Of a stretch of 64,000 nt of DNA, positions 11,681 through 23,896 are shown in pieces. The position numbers and the translations under genes are program-made. The notes below the pieces were generated by a model, which saw nothing but the letters and a program-made list of their open reading frames with translations, made no database searches and had not been told where the DNA came from. The first letter of the stretch is position 1. Each line of letters opens with the position of its first letter. Source of the stretch: Pseudomonadota bacterium. GTDB lineage: Bacteria > Pseudomonadota > Gammaproteobacteria > Burkholderiales > UBA9220. The stretch lies in assembly GCA_021845865.1 (NCBI GenBank), contig JAJZVC010000011.1, forward strand, positions 405-64,404, read 5' to 3'.

Positions 11681-13114
11681 TCAGCCCGCCAGTTTCTTCT
11701 TCAGGATGTCGTTCAACTGGGCCGGGTTGGCCTTGCCCTTGCTGGCCTTCATGGCCTGGCCGACGAAGAAGCCGAACACCTTGTCCTTGCCGGCGCGGTA
11801 CTCGGCTACCTGGGCCGGGTTGGCGGCGAGGATATCGTCGACGATTTTTTCAATCGCGCCCGCGTCGGACACTTGCTTCAGGCCCCTGGCTTCGATGATG
11901 GCATCGGCGTCGCCCTCGCCGGCCCACATGGCGGCGAAGACTTCCTTGGCGATCTTGCCCGAGATGGTGCCGTCGGCGATGCGCTTCAGGAGGCCCGCCA
12001 GCAGGGCGCTGGAAATCGGGCTGTCGGCCAGGTCCTTGCCGTCCTTGTTGAGGGCGGCGGAGAGGTCGCCCATGATCCAGTTGGCGGCGATTTTCGCTTC
12101 GCCGCCGAAGGCCTTGGCGGTGTCCTCGAAGTAGGCGGCCATCTCCCGAGAGGAGGTGAGCACGCCGGCGTCGTAGGCGGGCAGGGCGTAGTCGCCCATG
12201 AAGCGCTCGCGCATGGCCTGGGGCAGTTCCGGCAGGCCGGTGCGGGCCTGGTCGAGGAAGGCCTCGTCCACCACCAGGGGCAGCAGGTCCGGGTCGGGGA
12301 AGTAGCGGTAATCGTTGGCCTCTTCCTTGGAGCGCATGGAGCGGGTCTCGTCCCGGTCCGGGTCGTAGAGGCGGGTTTCCTGCACCACCGTGCCGCCGTC
12401 CTCGATCAGTTCGATCTGGCGCCGCACTTCGTACTCGATGGCTTTTTCCAGGAACTTGAAAGAGTTGAGGTTCTTGATTTCGCAGCGGGTGCCGAAGGCT
12501 TCCTGGCCCTTGGGGCGCACGGAAACGTTGGCATCGCAGCGGAAGGAACCTTCCTGCATGTTGCCGTCGCAGATGCCGATCCAGCGCACCAGGGAGTGCA
12601 GCGCCTTGGCGTAGGCCACGGCCTCCTGGGCGGAGCGCATGTCGGGTTCGGAGACGATTTCCAGCAGCGGCGTGCCGGCCCGGTTGAGGTCGATGCCGGT
12701 CATGCCGTGGAAGTCCTCGTGGAGGGACTTGCCGGCGTCCTCTTCGAGGTGGGCGCGGGTGATGCGCACGGTCTTCTCGTAATCGGGAAGCTGGACGGTC
12801 AGCTCCCCCTCGGCCACGATGGGCAGCTCGAACTGGCTGATCTGGTAGCCCTTGGGCAGGTCGGGGTAGAAGTAGTTCTTGCGGGCGAAGATGGACTTGC
12901 GGTTGATCTTGGCGCCGATGGCCAGGCCGAACTTCACCGCCCGCTCCACCGCGCCCTTGTTCAACACCGGCAGCACGCCAGGCAGGGCCAGGTCCACGGC
13001 GCAGGCCTGGACGTTGGGCGCGGCGCCGAAGGCGGTGGAGGCGCCGGAGAAAATCTTGGAGTTGGTGCTGAGCTGGGCGTGGGTTTCCAGCCCGATGACG
13101 ACTTCCCACTGCAT
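11681..13114 (-). CDS. gatB: Asp/Glu-tRNA amidotransferase subunit B
   Basis: [37 protein letters not shown]. Confidence 0.96.
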   Translation of the reverse strand: MQWEVVIGLETHAQLSTNSKIFSGASTAFGAAPNVQACAVDLALPGVLPVLNKGAVERAVKFGLAIGAKINRKSIFARKNYFYPDLPKGYQISQFELPIVAEGELTVQLPDYEKTVRITRAHLEEDAGKSLHEDFHGMTGIDLNRAGTPLLEIVSEPDMRSAQEAVAYAKALHSLVRWIGICDGNMQEGSFRCDANVSVRPKGQEAFGTRCEIKNLNSFKFLEKAIEYEVRRQIELIEDGGTVVQETRLYDPDRDETRSMRSKEEANDYRYFPDPDLLPLVVDEAFLDQARTGLPELPQAMRERFMGDYALPAYDAGVLTSSREMAAYFEDTAKAFGGEAKIAANWIMGDLSAALNKDGKDLADSPISSALLAGLLKRIADGTISGKIAKEVFAAMWAGEGDADAIIEARGLKQVSDAGAIEKIVDDILAANPAQVAEYRAGKDKVFGFFVGQAMKASKGKANPAQLNDILKKKLAG

Positions 13115-13117
13115 GGC

Positions 13118-14572
13118 TTAAATCCCCTCAGGCATGCGCGTGTGCCAATCGGTCGCCTGCTGGTACTGGTGGGCGACGTTGAGCATTTTCGCTTCGGAAA
13201 AATAGTTGCCGATGATCTGCAAACCCACCGGCAGGCCGTTGCCGCCGAAGCCGCAGGGCACGGACATGCCGGGCAGGCCGGCCAGGTTGACGGCGATGGT
13301 GTAGATGTCGGACAGGTACATGGACACCGGATCGTCGCTCTTCTCGCCGATCTTGAAGGCGGTGGAAGGCGCGGTGGGGCCCATGATGACGTCGCAGTGC
13401 TTGAAGGCCTCGACGAAGTCCTGGGCGATGAGGCGGCGCAGTTTCTGGGCCTGGAGGTAGTAGGCGTCGTAGTAGCCGTGGGACAGCACGTAGGTGCCGA
13501 TCATGATGCGGCGCTTCACTTCGGAGCCGAAGCCCTGGGCGCGGGTCTTGCAGTACATGTCCAGCAGGTCGGTGTATTCCGGGGCCCGGTGGCCGTAGCG
13601 CACGCCGTCGAAGCGGGACAGGTTGGAGCTGGCTTCCGCCGGGGCGAGCACGTAGTAGACCGGGATCGCCAGCTTGGAGTTGGGCAGGCTCACTTCCACC
13701 GTCTCGGCGCCCAGCTTGCGGTATTCGGCGATGGCTTCTTCCACCCGCTGGGCCACGTCGGCGGACAGGCCCTCGGCGAAGAATTCCTTGGGCAGGCCGA
13801 TTTTCAGGCCCTGCAGGGGCTGGGCGAGGTCCCGGGCGTAATCCTCTTTCTCCCGCTCCAGGCTGGTGGAATCCCGGCTGTCGAAGCCGGCCATGGCGTT
13901 CAGCAGCAAGGCGCAGTCCTCGGCGCTCTTGGCCATGGGGCCGCCCTGGTCGAGGGAGGAGGCGAAGGCGATCATGCCGTAGCGGGACACCACGCCGTAG
14001 GTGGGCTTGAGACCGGTAATGCCGGTCAGCGCCGCCGGCTGGCGGATGGAGCCGCCGGTATCGGTGCCGGTGGCCGCCGGAGCGAGGCGGGCCGCCACCG
14101 CGGCGGCGGAGCCGCCGGAACTGCCGCCGGGAACCGTCTCCTGGTTCCACGGGTTCTTCACCTTGCCGTGGTAGGAGGTTTCGTTGCTCGACCCCATGGC
14201 GAACTCGTCCATGTTGGTCTTGCCCAGGTTAACCGCCCCGGCCCGGTTGAACTGTTCGATGACGTGGGCGTCATAGGGCGAGACGAAGTTGTGCAGCATC
14301 TTGGAGCCGCAGGTGGTGAGCCAGCCCTGAGCGCAGAAGATGTCCTTCTGGGCCACCGGGATGCCGGTCAACGGGCAGGCGCCGCCCTTGGCCCGCAGCT
14401 CGTCGGCGGTCTTGGCCTGGGCCAGGCTTTTCTCCCGGTCCACGGTGATGAAGGCGTTGAGGCTGGGATTGAGCTGCTCGATGCGGTCGAGGAAAGTCTG
14501 CGTCAGTTCGACGCTGGATACCTTGCCGTCGGCCAGCAGGGCCGAAAGTTGTTTGAGACTGGCGTTGAGCAT
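13118..14572 (-). CDS. gatA: Asp/Glu-tRNA amidotransferase subunit A
   Basis: Amidase signature [23 protein letters not shown]. Confidence 0.96.
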   Translation of the reverse strand: MLNASLKQLSALLADGKVSSVELTQTFLDRIEQLNPSLNAFITVDREKSLAQAKTADELRAKGGACPLTGIPVAQKDIFCAQGWLTTCGSKMLHNFVSPYDAHVIEQFNRAGAVNLGKTNMDEFAMGSSNETSYHGKVKNPWNQETVPGGSSGGSAAAVAARLAPAATGTDTGGSIRQPAALTGITGLKPTYGVVSRYGMIAFASSLDQGGPMAKSAEDCALLLNAMAGFDSRDSTSLEREKEDYARDLAQPLQGLKIGLPKEFFAEGLSADVAQRVEEAIAEYRKLGAETVEVSLPNSKLAIPVYYVLAPAEASSNLSRFDGVRYGHRAPEYTDLLDMYCKTRAQGFGSEVKRRIMIGTYVLSHGYYDAYYLQAQKLRRLIAQDFVEAFKHCDVIMGPTAPSTAFKIGEKSDDPVSMYLSDIYTIAVNLAGLPGMSVPCGFGGNGLPVGLQIIGNYFSEAKMLNVAHQYQQATDWHTRMPEGI

Positions 14573-14573
14573 G

Positions 14574-14861
14574 TTATTCGATGACTTTGGGAACGAGATA
14601 CAGGCCGTTTTCGGTCTGGGGGGCCACGGCCTGGAATTGGGCGCGCAGGTCGGCTTCGGTGACCGCGTCCTGCCGCAGGCGCTGGGTCACTTCCTGGGCG
14701 TGGGCCATGGGCTCGACGCCCGTGGTGTCCACCGCCTGCATTTCCTCCACCAGGGCGAAAATGCCGGAAAGCTGCTTCAGATACTCCGCCGCCTCCTGGT
14801 CGGAAACCTCGATGCGGGCCAAATGGGCGATGCGTTTCACATCGGCGAGGGCCAGAGTCAT
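14574..14861 (-). CDS. gatC: Asp/Glu-tRNA amidotransferase subunit C
   Basis: [19 protein letters not shown]; upstream of gatA. Confidence 0.95.
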   Translation of the reverse strand: MTLALADVKRIAHLARIEVSDQEAAEYLKQLSGIFALVEEMQAVDTTGVEPMAHAQEVTQRLRQDAVTEADLRAQFQAVAPQTENGLYLVPKVIE

Positions 14862-14916
14862 AATTTCACCTGATAAAGCACTTAAATACCAAAGCGCATT
14901 AGGTTATCATATCTAA

Positions 14917-15996
<1,080 letters not shown>

Positions 15997-16022
15997 TGCC
16001 CGGATTGCCGCAAACCATGGTC

Positions 16023-16053
16023 GGGGTGCGCCAGGCGCACCCCTGTCGTTTTT
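16023..16053 (+). terminator. Intergenic hairpin or weak terminator between mreB and mreC
   Basis: GGGGTGCGCC-A-GGCGCACCCC followed by TGTCGTTTTT. Confidence 0.4.
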
Positions 16054-16061
16054 GAGGGGCC

Positions 16062-17135
16062 ATGGACCACACGCCACCACCGTTCTTCAACCGCGGCCCC
16101 AGCCCCTTCGTCCGCATCGTCCTGTTCATCCTGTTCTCCATCCTGTTCATGGTGGTGGATGCCCGGCAGCATTACCTGGACGTCATCCGCCAGGGGGTGG
16201 GCGTGGCGTTGCGGCCCCTGCGCCAATTGGCCGACCTGCCTTCCGTCATCGCCGAGGGGCTGGATGACTTCTTCACCACGCAAGCCACCCTGCGCCGGGA
16301 AAACGAGGCCATGCGCCAGGCGCGGCTGCGCGACAGCATCCGTTTGCAGCGCTACCAGGCCCTGGAGGCGGAGAACGCCTACCTGCGCAAGCTGGCGGAT
16401 ACGCGGGGCCGCGTCGATCCCCGCGGCATCGTGGTGGAAATTCTCTCCACCGGCCAGGACCCCTTCTCCCGCAAGGTCCTGGTGGACAAGGGGTCGGCGC
16501 AGAAAATCACGCCCGGGTTGGCGGTGGTGGACACGGTTGGCGTGGTGGGCCAGGTGACCCGGGTCGATATGCTCAGCAGCGAAGTCACGCTCATCACCGA
16601 CAAGGACCAGGCGGTTCCGGTGGAGGTGGTGCGCAATGGCTTGCGGGCGGTCGTGTTCGGCAATGGCCGCGACGGCACGCTTAACCTGCCCTTCTTCTCC
16701 ACCAACGCCGACATCGCCGTCGGCGACGTGCTGGTCACGTCCGGCATCGACGGCGTTTACCCGGCGGGCTTGCCGGTGGCGGTGGTGGCCACGGTGGACC
16801 GCAATTCCGGCACGTCCTTCGCCAAGATCACCTGCAAACCGAGCGCGGGGGTCCACCACCACAAGCAATTGCTGGTGCTGACCACGCCGCCGGCGCCCCC
16901 ACCCAGCGCCGCCCAGGCCGCGTCGTCGTCGGCCGTGACGGCGGCGGGCGTTATGGGCGTGCCGCCGGCAGCGGAAACCAAACCGGCCGGCGGGCCGCCG
17001 GAAGCCAAGGTCGGCGGCTCCGCGCCTGCCGCGGCCGCGCCGGGGGCAATTCCGGCCAGCAAGGCAACGGAGGCCAAGACGCCCAGCCTCAAACCGACGC
17101 CCACCCCGGCGACAGTGGAAAAGGGGAAGAACTAG
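16062..17135 (+). CDS. mreC: MreC with Pro/Ala-rich C-terminal tail
   Basis: N-terminal TM, coiled coil, GVVGQV, GDVLVTSGIDGVYPAGLPVA; operon position. Confidence 0.92.
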   Translation: MDHTPPPFFNRGPSPFVRIVLFILFSILFMVVDARQHYLDVIRQGVGVALRPLRQLADLPSVIAEGLDDFFTTQATLRRENEAMRQARLRDSIRLQRYQALEAENAYLRKLADTRGRVDPRGIVVEILSTGQDPFSRKVLVDKGSAQKITPGLAVVDTVGVVGQVTRVDMLSSEVTLITDKDQAVPVEVVRNGLRAVVFGNGRDGTLNLPFFSTNADIAVGDVLVTSGIDGVYPAGLPVAVVATVDRNSGTSFAKITCKPSAGVHHHKQLLVLTTPPAPPPSAAQAASSSAVTAAGVMGVPPAAETKPAGGPPEAKVGGSAPAAAAPGAIPASKATEAKTPSLKPTPTPATVEKGKN

Positions 17136-17136
17136 C

Positions 17137-17646
17137 ATGGGCCGTTCCAACGAAATCCTGTTGCCGGTGAAGGGAAGCTTCATCCTTCTCTCCATCCTTG
17201 GCGGCTTGACCCTGAATCTGCTGCCCTGGGGCGAGGTCGGCACCCTGCTGCGGCCGGATTTCCTGCTGCTGGTGCTGGTGTACTGGATCATCTACCATCC
17301 CATGCGGGTCAATATCGGCATCGCCTGGCTGCTGGGGCTGGTGGTGGACGTGGCCTACGGCAATCTCTTCGGCCAGTACGCCCTGGCCTACGCCCTGACC
17401 GCCTACCTTGCCTTGGTCATGCGGCGGCGGGTGCTGATGTTCCCCCTCGGCCAGCAGGCCCTGCATATCCTGCCCCTGCTGCTGCTGATGCAGGCCATCG
17501 TTATGCTGATCAAGCTGTCCAGCGGCACCTATTGGCCCGGTCCGGCCTATTTCCTTTCCTCCGCCGTGGGCGCCCTGCTGTGGCTGTGGCTGCCGCCGCT
17601 GATGCAGATTCCCCAGCGCAAGAAGCCCAATACCGACCCGCAATGA
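17137..17646 (+). CDS. mreD: MreD
   Basis: Hydrophobic; RPDFLLLVLVYW, AWLLGLVVDV; operon position. Confidence 0.9.
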   Translation: MGRSNEILLPVKGSFILLSILGGLTLNLLPWGEVGTLLRPDFLLLVLVYWIIYHPMRVNIGIAWLLGLVVDVAYGNLFGQYALAYALTAYLALVMRRRVLMFPLGQQALHILPLLLLMQAIVMLIKLSSGTYWPGPAYFLSSAVGALLWLWLPPLMQIPQRKKPNTDPQ

Positions 17647-19532
17647 AGGCGGAACTCCGAGACCACCAGCGCGAACTGTACCATTTCAGGGCCCGGGTAG
17701 CCGTCGGGGCGGTATTCGTCCTGTTCCTCTTCACGCTCCTTACCCTGCGCTTCTTTTACGTGCAGGTGTGGAAGCACGATTACTACACCACCCTGGCGGA
17801 GCAGAACCGCATTTCCATCGTGCCCATCGTGCCCAACCGGGGGGTGATCACGGACCGCAACGGCGTGGTGCTGGCCCACAACTACTCCGCCTATACCCTG
17901 GAAATCACCCCTGGCCGGGTGAAGGACCTGGAGGGCACCATCAACGACCTGGCGAAGATCGTCGATATCGCCCCCAAGGACCGGCGCCGCTTTCGCAAGC
18001 TGATGGAGGATAGCCATAACTTCGAGAGCCTGCCCATCCGCACCCGCCTCAACGACCTGGAGGTGGCGCGTTTCGCCGTCAACCGCTACCGTTTTCCCGG
18101 CGTGGAAATCAAGGCCCGTCTTTTCCGCCACTATCCCCTCGGCGACATGATGGCCCATGCCGTGGGCTATATCGGCCGCATCAACGATGCCGACTTGGAA
18201 AACCTGGAGGCAAGCGGCGAGATCGCCAACTACCGCGGCACCGACCACATCGGCAAGACCGGCATCGAGCAGAGCTACGAGAAGCAGCTTCACGGCATCA
18301 CCGGTTTCGAGCAGGTGGAAACCGACGCCGGCGGCCGGGCGGTGCGCACCCTGTCCCGGACTCCGCCGGTGTCTGGCAACAGCCTGCGGCTCACCCTGGA
18401 CGCCAAGCTGCAGGAAGTGGCGGTGCGGGCCTTCGGCGACCGGCGCGGCGCCCTGGTGGCCATCGACCCCGCCAACGGCGAGGTGCTGGCCCTGGTCAGC
18501 CGCCCCGGCTTCGACCCCAACCTGTTCGTGGACGGCATCGACCCCACCAACTGGGACCTGCTCAACAATTCCCCCGACAAGCCCCTCACCAACCGGGCCA
18601 TTCGCGGCGTCTACCCGCCGGGTTCCACCTTCAAGCCCTACATGGCCCTGGGGGCCCTGGAGCTGGGGAAACGCACTCCCTCCCAGACTATTTTCGACCC
18701 GGGCTTCTTCAACTTCGGCGGCCACCGTTTCCGCGACGACAAGCCCGGCGGCCACGGCTCGGTGGACATGTACAAGTCCATCGTCGTGTCCTGCGATACC
18801 TACTACTACATGCTGGCCAACGACATGGGCATCGACAACATTTCCCGCTTCATGCGCCAGTTTGGTTTCGGCCAGCCCACCAACATCGATATCGAGGGCG
18901 AATCCACGGGGGTGCTGCCGTCCCAGGAATGGAAGCAGAAGCGCTTCCACCAGAAATGGTACGCCGGGGAGACCATCAGCATCGGCATCGGCCAAGGCTA
19001 CAACGCCTATACGCCGATACAGCTGGCCAAAGCCATGGCGACCCTGGCCGACGACGGCGTGATGCACCGCCCGCACCTGGTGAAGCTGATCGAGGACGTG
19101 CGCAGCGGCGCCCGCACCGTTACGGCGCCGAAAATAGAGCGGGTGTTGCCCTTCAAGCCGGAAAACATCGCCATCATCAAAGAGGCCATGGCCGGGGTCA
19201 ATAAGGAAGGCACCGGCGCCGGCGCCTTCTCCGGCGCGCCCTACACCTCGGCGGGCAAGACCGGCACGGCCCAGGTGGTGGCCATCAAGCAGAACGAAAA
19301 ATACGTCGAGTCCCGGGTCAAGGAATACCACCGGGACCACGGCCTGTTCATTGCCTTCGCCCCGGTGGAGAAGCCGCGCATCGCCGTGGCGGTGATCGCG
19401 GAGAACGCGGGGTTCGGGGCCCAGTCGGCGGCGCCCATCACCCGCATGGTGATGGACTACTACCTGCTGGGCAAGGTCCCCGCCCAGCCGGCGCCGGAGG
19501 AAAACACGGAGGAAGGAGGCGGCCATGATTAG
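17643..19532 (+). CDS. mrdA: Penicillin-binding protein 2
   Basis: YPPGSTFK (SxxK), SCD, KTGTAQ; ATGA overlap with mreD. Confidence 0.94.
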   Translation: MKAELRDHQRELYHFRARVAVGAVFVLFLFTLLTLRFFYVQVWKHDYYTTLAEQNRISIVPIVPNRGVITDRNGVVLAHNYSAYTLEITPGRVKDLEGTINDLAKIVDIAPKDRRRFRKLMEDSHNFESLPIRTRLNDLEVARFAVNRYRFPGVEIKARLFRHYPLGDMMAHAVGYIGRINDADLENLEASGEIANYRGTDHIGKTGIEQSYEKQLHGITGFEQVETDAGGRAVRTLSRTPPVSGNSLRLTLDAKLQEVAVRAFGDRRGALVAIDPANGEVLALVSRPGFDPNLFVDGIDPTNWDLLNNSPDKPLTNRAIRGVYPPGSTFKPYMALGALELGKRTPSQTIFDPGFFNFGGHRFRDDKPGGHGSVDMYKSIVVSCDTYYYMLANDMGIDNISRFMRQFGFGQPTNIDIEGESTGVLPSQEWKQKRFHQKWYAGETISIGIGQGYNAYTPIQLAKAMATLADDGVMHRPHLVKLIEDVRSGARTVTAPKIERVLPFKPENIAIIKEAMAGVNKEGTGAGAFSGAPYTSAGKTGTAQVVAIKQNEKYVESRVKEYHRDHGLFIAFAPVEKPRIAVAVIAENAGFGAQSAAPITRMVMDYYLLGKVPAQPAPEENTEEGGGHD

Positions 19533-20619
19533 AGCGCTGTGGATCAGGCTGACGGCCCATGTGGACAGCTTCCTCCTCGCCTCGCTGTCCCTGGTGCTGC
19601 TGCTGGGGCTGGTGGTGCTGTACAGCGCCTCGGGCCAGAGCATCGACCGGGTGCTGGCGCAAATGGCCAATATCGGCGTGGCCGTGGCGATCATGTGGGC
19701 GGTGGCCAATGTTCCCCCCCAGCATATCCTCCGCTTGGCCATTCCCACTTACATCGTCGGCATGCTGCTGCTGGTTGGCGTCGCCCTGTTCGGCGAAGTC
19801 AGCCACGGGGCGCGGCGCTGGCTGCACATCGGCGTCACCCGCATCCAGCCCTCGGAGCTGATGCGCATCGCGGTGCCCCTGATGCTGGCCTGGTACTTCG
19901 ATTACCGCCAGGCCGCCCTGCGCCTGCGGGATTTCGCCTGGGCGGCGCTGATCCTGATCTTGCCGGTGGGCTTGATCGCCAAGCAGCCTGACCTGGGAAC
20001 GGCGCTGATGATTTTTGCTTCCGGCTTCTACGTCATGTTCCTCGCCGGCCTATCGTGGCGGGTGATCGTCGGCCTGATGGCGGCGGCGGGGGCCAGTGCC
20101 CCAATACTGTGGCATCTGCTGCACGATTACCAGCGCCAGCGCATCCTGACCTTGCTCGATCCCACTTCCGATCCCCTCGGCGCCGGCTATCACATTATCC
20201 AATCGACCATTGCCCTCGGCTCCGGGGGGCTCTTCGGCAAGGGTTGGCTCAACGGCACCCAGGCCCACCTGGATTTCCTTCCCGAGCGCCACACTGACTT
20301 TATCTTCGCCGTGCTGGCGGAGGAGTTCGGCCTGGTGGGCGGCTTGATCCTGCTGGTGCTGTTCTCGATCATCATCGGCCGGGGCCTGCTGATCGCCGCC
20401 AGCGCGCCCACCCTCTCCACCCGCTTGATGGCGGGAAGCATCACCCTCACCTTCGCCACCTATGCCTTCGTCAATATCGGCATGGTGAGCGGCATCCTGC
20501 CGGTGGTGGGCGTGCCCCTGCCCCTCGTCAGCTACGGCGGCACGTCCATGGTGACCCTGCTGCTGGGCTTCGGCATCCTGATGAGCATCCATACCCACCG
20601 GAAGCTGGTCCAGACTTGA
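19525..20619 (+). CDS. rodA: Peptidoglycan glycosyltransferase RodA
   Basis: IQPSE, QPDLGT, LPERHTDFIF, VSYGGTS. Confidence 0.94.
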   Translation: MIRALWIRLTAHVDSFLLASLSLVLLLGLVVLYSASGQSIDRVLAQMANIGVAVAIMWAVANVPPQHILRLAIPTYIVGMLLLVGVALFGEVSHGARRWLHIGVTRIQPSELMRIAVPLMLAWYFDYRQAALRLRDFAWAALILILPVGLIAKQPDLGTALMIFASGFYVMFLAGLSWRVIVGLMAAAGASAPILWHLLHDYQRQRILTLLDPTSDPLGAGYHIIQSTIALGSGGLFGKGWLNGTQAHLDFLPERHTDFIFAVLAEEFGLVGGLILLVLFSIIIGRGLLIAASAPTLSTRLMAGSITLTFATYAFVNIGMVSGILPVVGVPLPLVSYGGTSMVTLLLGFGILMSIHTHRKLVQT

Positions 20620-20630
20620 GTGGTATAATG
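20620..20630 (+). promoter_or_regulatory. Extended -10 promoter element upstream of rlpA
   Basis: GTGGTATAAT (TGn-TATAAT) about 28 nt before the ATG. Confidence 0.5.
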
Positions 20631-20656
20631 GCCGCAGTTTCTCCTGCGGATCGTCC

Positions 20657-21556
20657 ATGGCCACCCGGTTCACCCTGCTTCTCGTTGTCCTGCTGTTCCT
20701 AGGCGGCTGCGCCGGCAGCGCCACGCGCCCCACTTCCGCCAAGGCGCCCGCCGCCAAGTCTTCCCTGCCGAAGTACGGCGGCGGCTACTATCAGGACGAC
20801 GGCCCCGGCGACAACCCGCCCCCCGATCTGGACGCCATCCCCGACGCCGTGCCCAAGGTGGAGCCCCTGCACCGCTTCGCCAACAAACCCTATACCGTCC
20901 TCGGCCAGACCTTCGTCCCCGACACCAGTTTCAAGCCGTACAAGGCAGAGGGGTATGCTTCCTGGTACGGGCGCAAGTACAACGGCAAGAACACCTCTTC
21001 CGGCGAGCTTTACGACATGTACGCCATGACCGCCGCCCACCCCACCCTGCCGATTCCGTCCTACGTGCGGGTGACCAACCCGGCCAACGGCAAGTCGGTG
21101 GTGGTGCGGGTCATCGACCGCGGCCCCTTCCTCAGCAATCGCCTGATCGATTTGTCCTACACCGCCGCCTACAAGTTGGGACTGCTGCAGAACGGCAGCG
21201 GCCTGGTGGACGTGGAGCTGATCAATCCCGCCGCTCCCGCCGCGGAGCCGACGGCGGTGGCCAGCGAGGCCAAGCCCGCGCCTGAACCGGTGAAGGAGGC
21301 GGCGATACCCCTCGACAGTGAAAAGAGCGGCTATTTCCTCCAGCTCGGCGCTTTCAGCGGCAGGCAGAACGCCGAGAGCTTCAGCGCCCGCCTGCGGGAC
21401 CAGCTGGGCAAGATGGCCGCCATCCTGCATATCCAGAACAAGGACGGCCTGTTCCGGGTCCACCTCGGTCCCTACCGTAGCCAGGCGGAAGCCCGCACGG
21501 CGGCGGCCCAGATTCAGGAGGCGCTGTCCCTCAAGCCGGTGGTCGTGGTGCGCTGA
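20657..21556 (+). CDS. rlpA: Septal ring lytic transglycosylase RlpA (lipoprotein, DPBB and SPOR domains)
   Basis: LGGC lipobox, ASWYG, TAAHPTLP, DRGPF, LQLGAFS. Confidence 0.92.
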   Translation: MATRFTLLLVVLLFLGGCAGSATRPTSAKAPAAKSSLPKYGGGYYQDDGPGDNPPPDLDAIPDAVPKVEPLHRFANKPYTVLGQTFVPDTSFKPYKAEGYASWYGRKYNGKNTSSGELYDMYAMTAAHPTLPIPSYVRVTNPANGKSVVVRVIDRGPFLSNRLIDLSYTAAYKLGLLQNGSGLVDVELINPAAPAAEPTAVASEAKPAPEPVKEAAIPLDSEKSGYFLQLGAFSGRQNAESFSARLRDQLGKMAAILHIQNKDGLFRVHLGPYRSQAEARTAAAQIQEALSLKPVVVVR

Positions 21557-21623
21557 GGAACTTACACCATGCCCGTCGTACTAACAGGGTTATTGCCCTC
21601 ATAACTCGAACGACACGGAGCCT

Positions 21624-22778
21624 ATGAAACTCACTTCTCTCTTCGCCCTCGCGGCCCTTTTGCTCAATAGCGCCCTCGCCGCCGCCGCTCCCGCCCAGCC
21701 CCTTCTGCCGCCGCCGCCCGCGCCGCAGGTCGACGCCCGGGGCTACGTCCTGGTGGATTACCACAGCGGCCAGACCCTGGCGGGCCGCAACGCCAACGAA
21801 CGCGTCGAGCCTGCTTCCCTGACCAAGCTGATGACCGCCTACATCGCCTTCACCGCCATCCACCAGGGCCGCCTGTCCCTCGCCCAGACCCTGCCGGTGT
21901 CGGAGAAAGCCTGGAAGGCCGAGGGCTCGCGGATGTTCATCGCGCCCAACATGCAGGTGACGGTGGATGAACTGCTCCACGGCATGATCATCCAGTCCGG
22001 CAACGATGCCGCCATTACCCTGGCGGAAGGCATCGCCGGCAGCGAGGACGCCTTCGCCGCCCTGATGAACCAGGAGGCCCAACGCCTGGGAATGAAGAAC
22101 ACCCACTTCATGAACGCCACCGGCCTGCCCCACCCCCAGCACTATTCCACCCCCTACGACCTGTCCCTGCTGGCCCGGGCCATCATCCACGACTTTCCGG
22201 ATTTCTTTAAGCTCTATTCCATCAAGGAATACCGCTACAACAACATCAACCAGCCCAACCGCAACCAGCTGCTGTGGCGCGATCCTTCCGTGGACGGCAT
22301 GAAAACCGGCCACACCGAGGCGGCGGGCTTCTGCCTCGTGTCCACCGCCAAACGGCAGGGCATGCGGCTGATTTCCGTGCTGGTGGGCGCTTCCTCCGAC
22401 AATCTGCGCACCTCCGAGAGCCAGAAGCTGCTCAACTACGGCTTCCAGTTCTTCGAATCCTACCGCCCCTACCGCAAGGGCCAAGTCCTGGCCAGCCTGC
22501 CCATGTGGAAGGGCAGTTCCCGCACCCTCAAGGCCGGCCTGGCGGAAGACATGTACATTACCGTCCCCCGCGGCCAGTATCCCTACATCGCCGCCAGCAT
22601 GGTGAGCAAGCAGCCCCTGCTGGCGCCGGTGAGCGAGGGTCAGGCGGTGGGCGCCCTGAGAATCGCCCTCGGCGACAAGGTGCTGACCGAGCGGCCCCTG
22701 GTGGCCCTGGAGAGCGTCGGCGTGGCCAACGTCTTCGTCCGCGGCTGGGATAGCCTGCGCCTGCTGTTCGGCAAATGA
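21624..22778 (+). CDS. dacA: D-alanyl-D-alanine carboxypeptidase (PBP5/6)
   Basis: PASLTKLMT, SGND, KTGHT. Confidence 0.9.
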   Translation: MKLTSLFALAALLLNSALAAAAPAQPLLPPPPAPQVDARGYVLVDYHSGQTLAGRNANERVEPASLTKLMTAYIAFTAIHQGRLSLAQTLPVSEKAWKAEGSRMFIAPNMQVTVDELLHGMIIQSGNDAAITLAEGIAGSEDAFAALMNQEAQRLGMKNTHFMNATGLPHPQHYSTPYDLSLLARAIIHDFPDFFKLYSIKEYRYNNINQPNRNQLLWRDPSVDGMKTGHTEAAGFCLVSTAKRQGMRLISVLVGASSDNLRTSESQKLLNYGFQFFESYRPYRKGQVLASLPMWKGSSRTLKAGLAEDMYITVPRGQYPYIAASMVSKQPLLAPVSEGQAVGALRIALGDKVLTERPLVALESVGVANVFVRGWDSLRLLFGK

Positions 22779-23632
22779 TCTACCTCAACGGCAAATACCT
22801 GCCCCTGGAGGAAGCCTGCGTGCCGGTGATGGACCGGGGCTTCCTCTTCGGCGACGGGGTGTACGAGGTGATTCCCGTCTATTCCCGCCGCCCCTTCCGC
22901 CTCGCCGAGCACCTGGGGCGGCTGCGGCACAGCCTGGACGGCATCCGCCTCCAGAACCCCCACAGCGAGGAGGAATGGGCGGCCATCCTGGCGAAGGTCG
23001 TCGCCGGCAACGAGGGCGAGGACCAGTACCTCTACCTCCACATCAGCCGGGGCGTGGCCCCCACCCGCGACCATGCTTTCCCCGCCAAGGCGACGCCCAC
23101 GGTCTTCGTCATGAGCACCCCCCTCCCTTCCCCGCCCAAGGCATGGCGCGAGGAGGGGGTGGCCGCCGTCACCGCCGAGGACAACCGCTGGCTGCGCTGC
23201 GACATCAAGGCCACCTCCCTGCTGCCCAACGTCCTCCTGCGCCAGCTGGCCGCCGACGCCGGCGCCGCCGAGACGGTGCTGCTGCGGGACGGCGTCCTCA
23301 CCGAAGGGGCGGCGAGCAGCATTTTCGTGGTGTGGGAGAACATCCTCATGGCGCCGCCCAAGAGCCATCTGGTCCTGCCCGGCACCACCTACGACGTGGT
23401 GCTGGAGCTGGCCCGGGACGACGGCATGCGGGTGGAGGTGCGGGACGTTTCCGAATACGAATTGCGCACCGCGGCGGAAGTGTGGCTCGCCTCCTCCACC
23501 CGCGAGGTGCTGCCCATCACCCGCCTCGACGGCCGGCCCGTCGGCGATGGCCGCCCGGGACCCCTCTATCAGCGCATCGACGCCCTCTACCAGCATTTCA
23601 AGGCCACCGTCATGCGGGAGCAAACGGCATGA
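22775..23632 (+). CDS. dat: D-amino-acid aminotransferase (class IV PLP)
   Basis: DRGFLFGDGVYE, DIKATSLL, LPGTT. Confidence 0.85.
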   Translation: MIYLNGKYLPLEEACVPVMDRGFLFGDGVYEVIPVYSRRPFRLAEHLGRLRHSLDGIRLQNPHSEEEWAAILAKVVAGNEGEDQYLYLHISRGVAPTRDHAFPAKATPTVFVMSTPLPSPPKAWREEGVAAVTAEDNRWLRCDIKATSLLPNVLLRQLAADAGAAETVLLRDGVLTEGAASSIFVVWENILMAPPKSHLVLPGTTYDVVLELARDDGMRVEVRDVSEYELRTAAEVWLASSTREVLPITRLDGRPVGDGRPGPLYQRIDALYQHFKATVMREQTA

Positions 23633-23892
23633 GCGACGACACCCTCCTCGAATTCCCCTGCGACTTCCCAGTCAAGATCATGGGCAAGACCCAGGACGGC
23701 TTCGCCGAGGCCATGGTCGCCATCGTCGTCAAGCACGCGCCGGATTTCGACGCCGCCACGGTGGAAATGCGCGCCAGCAAGGGCGGCAACTACCTGTCCC
23801 TGACCTGCACCGTGCGCGCCACCTCCAAGAGCCAGCTGGACGCCCTGTACCGGGAAATCACCGGCCACCCCATGGTATCCATGGCGCTGTAA
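23629..23892 (+). CDS. ybeD: YbeD/DUF493 protein
   Basis: [23 protein letters not shown]; sits before lipB. Confidence 0.88.
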   Translation: MSDDTLLEFPCDFPVKIMGKTQDGFAEAMVAIVVKHAPDFDAATVEMRASKGGNYLSLTCTVRATSKSQLDALYREITGHPMVSMAL

Positions 23893-23896
23893 GGTC

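Noticed and set aside
16880-17135. Low-complexity Pro/Ala tail of MreC as an insertion
   Set aside because: Such tails are common in proteobacterial MreC, and no repeat boundaries are visible.
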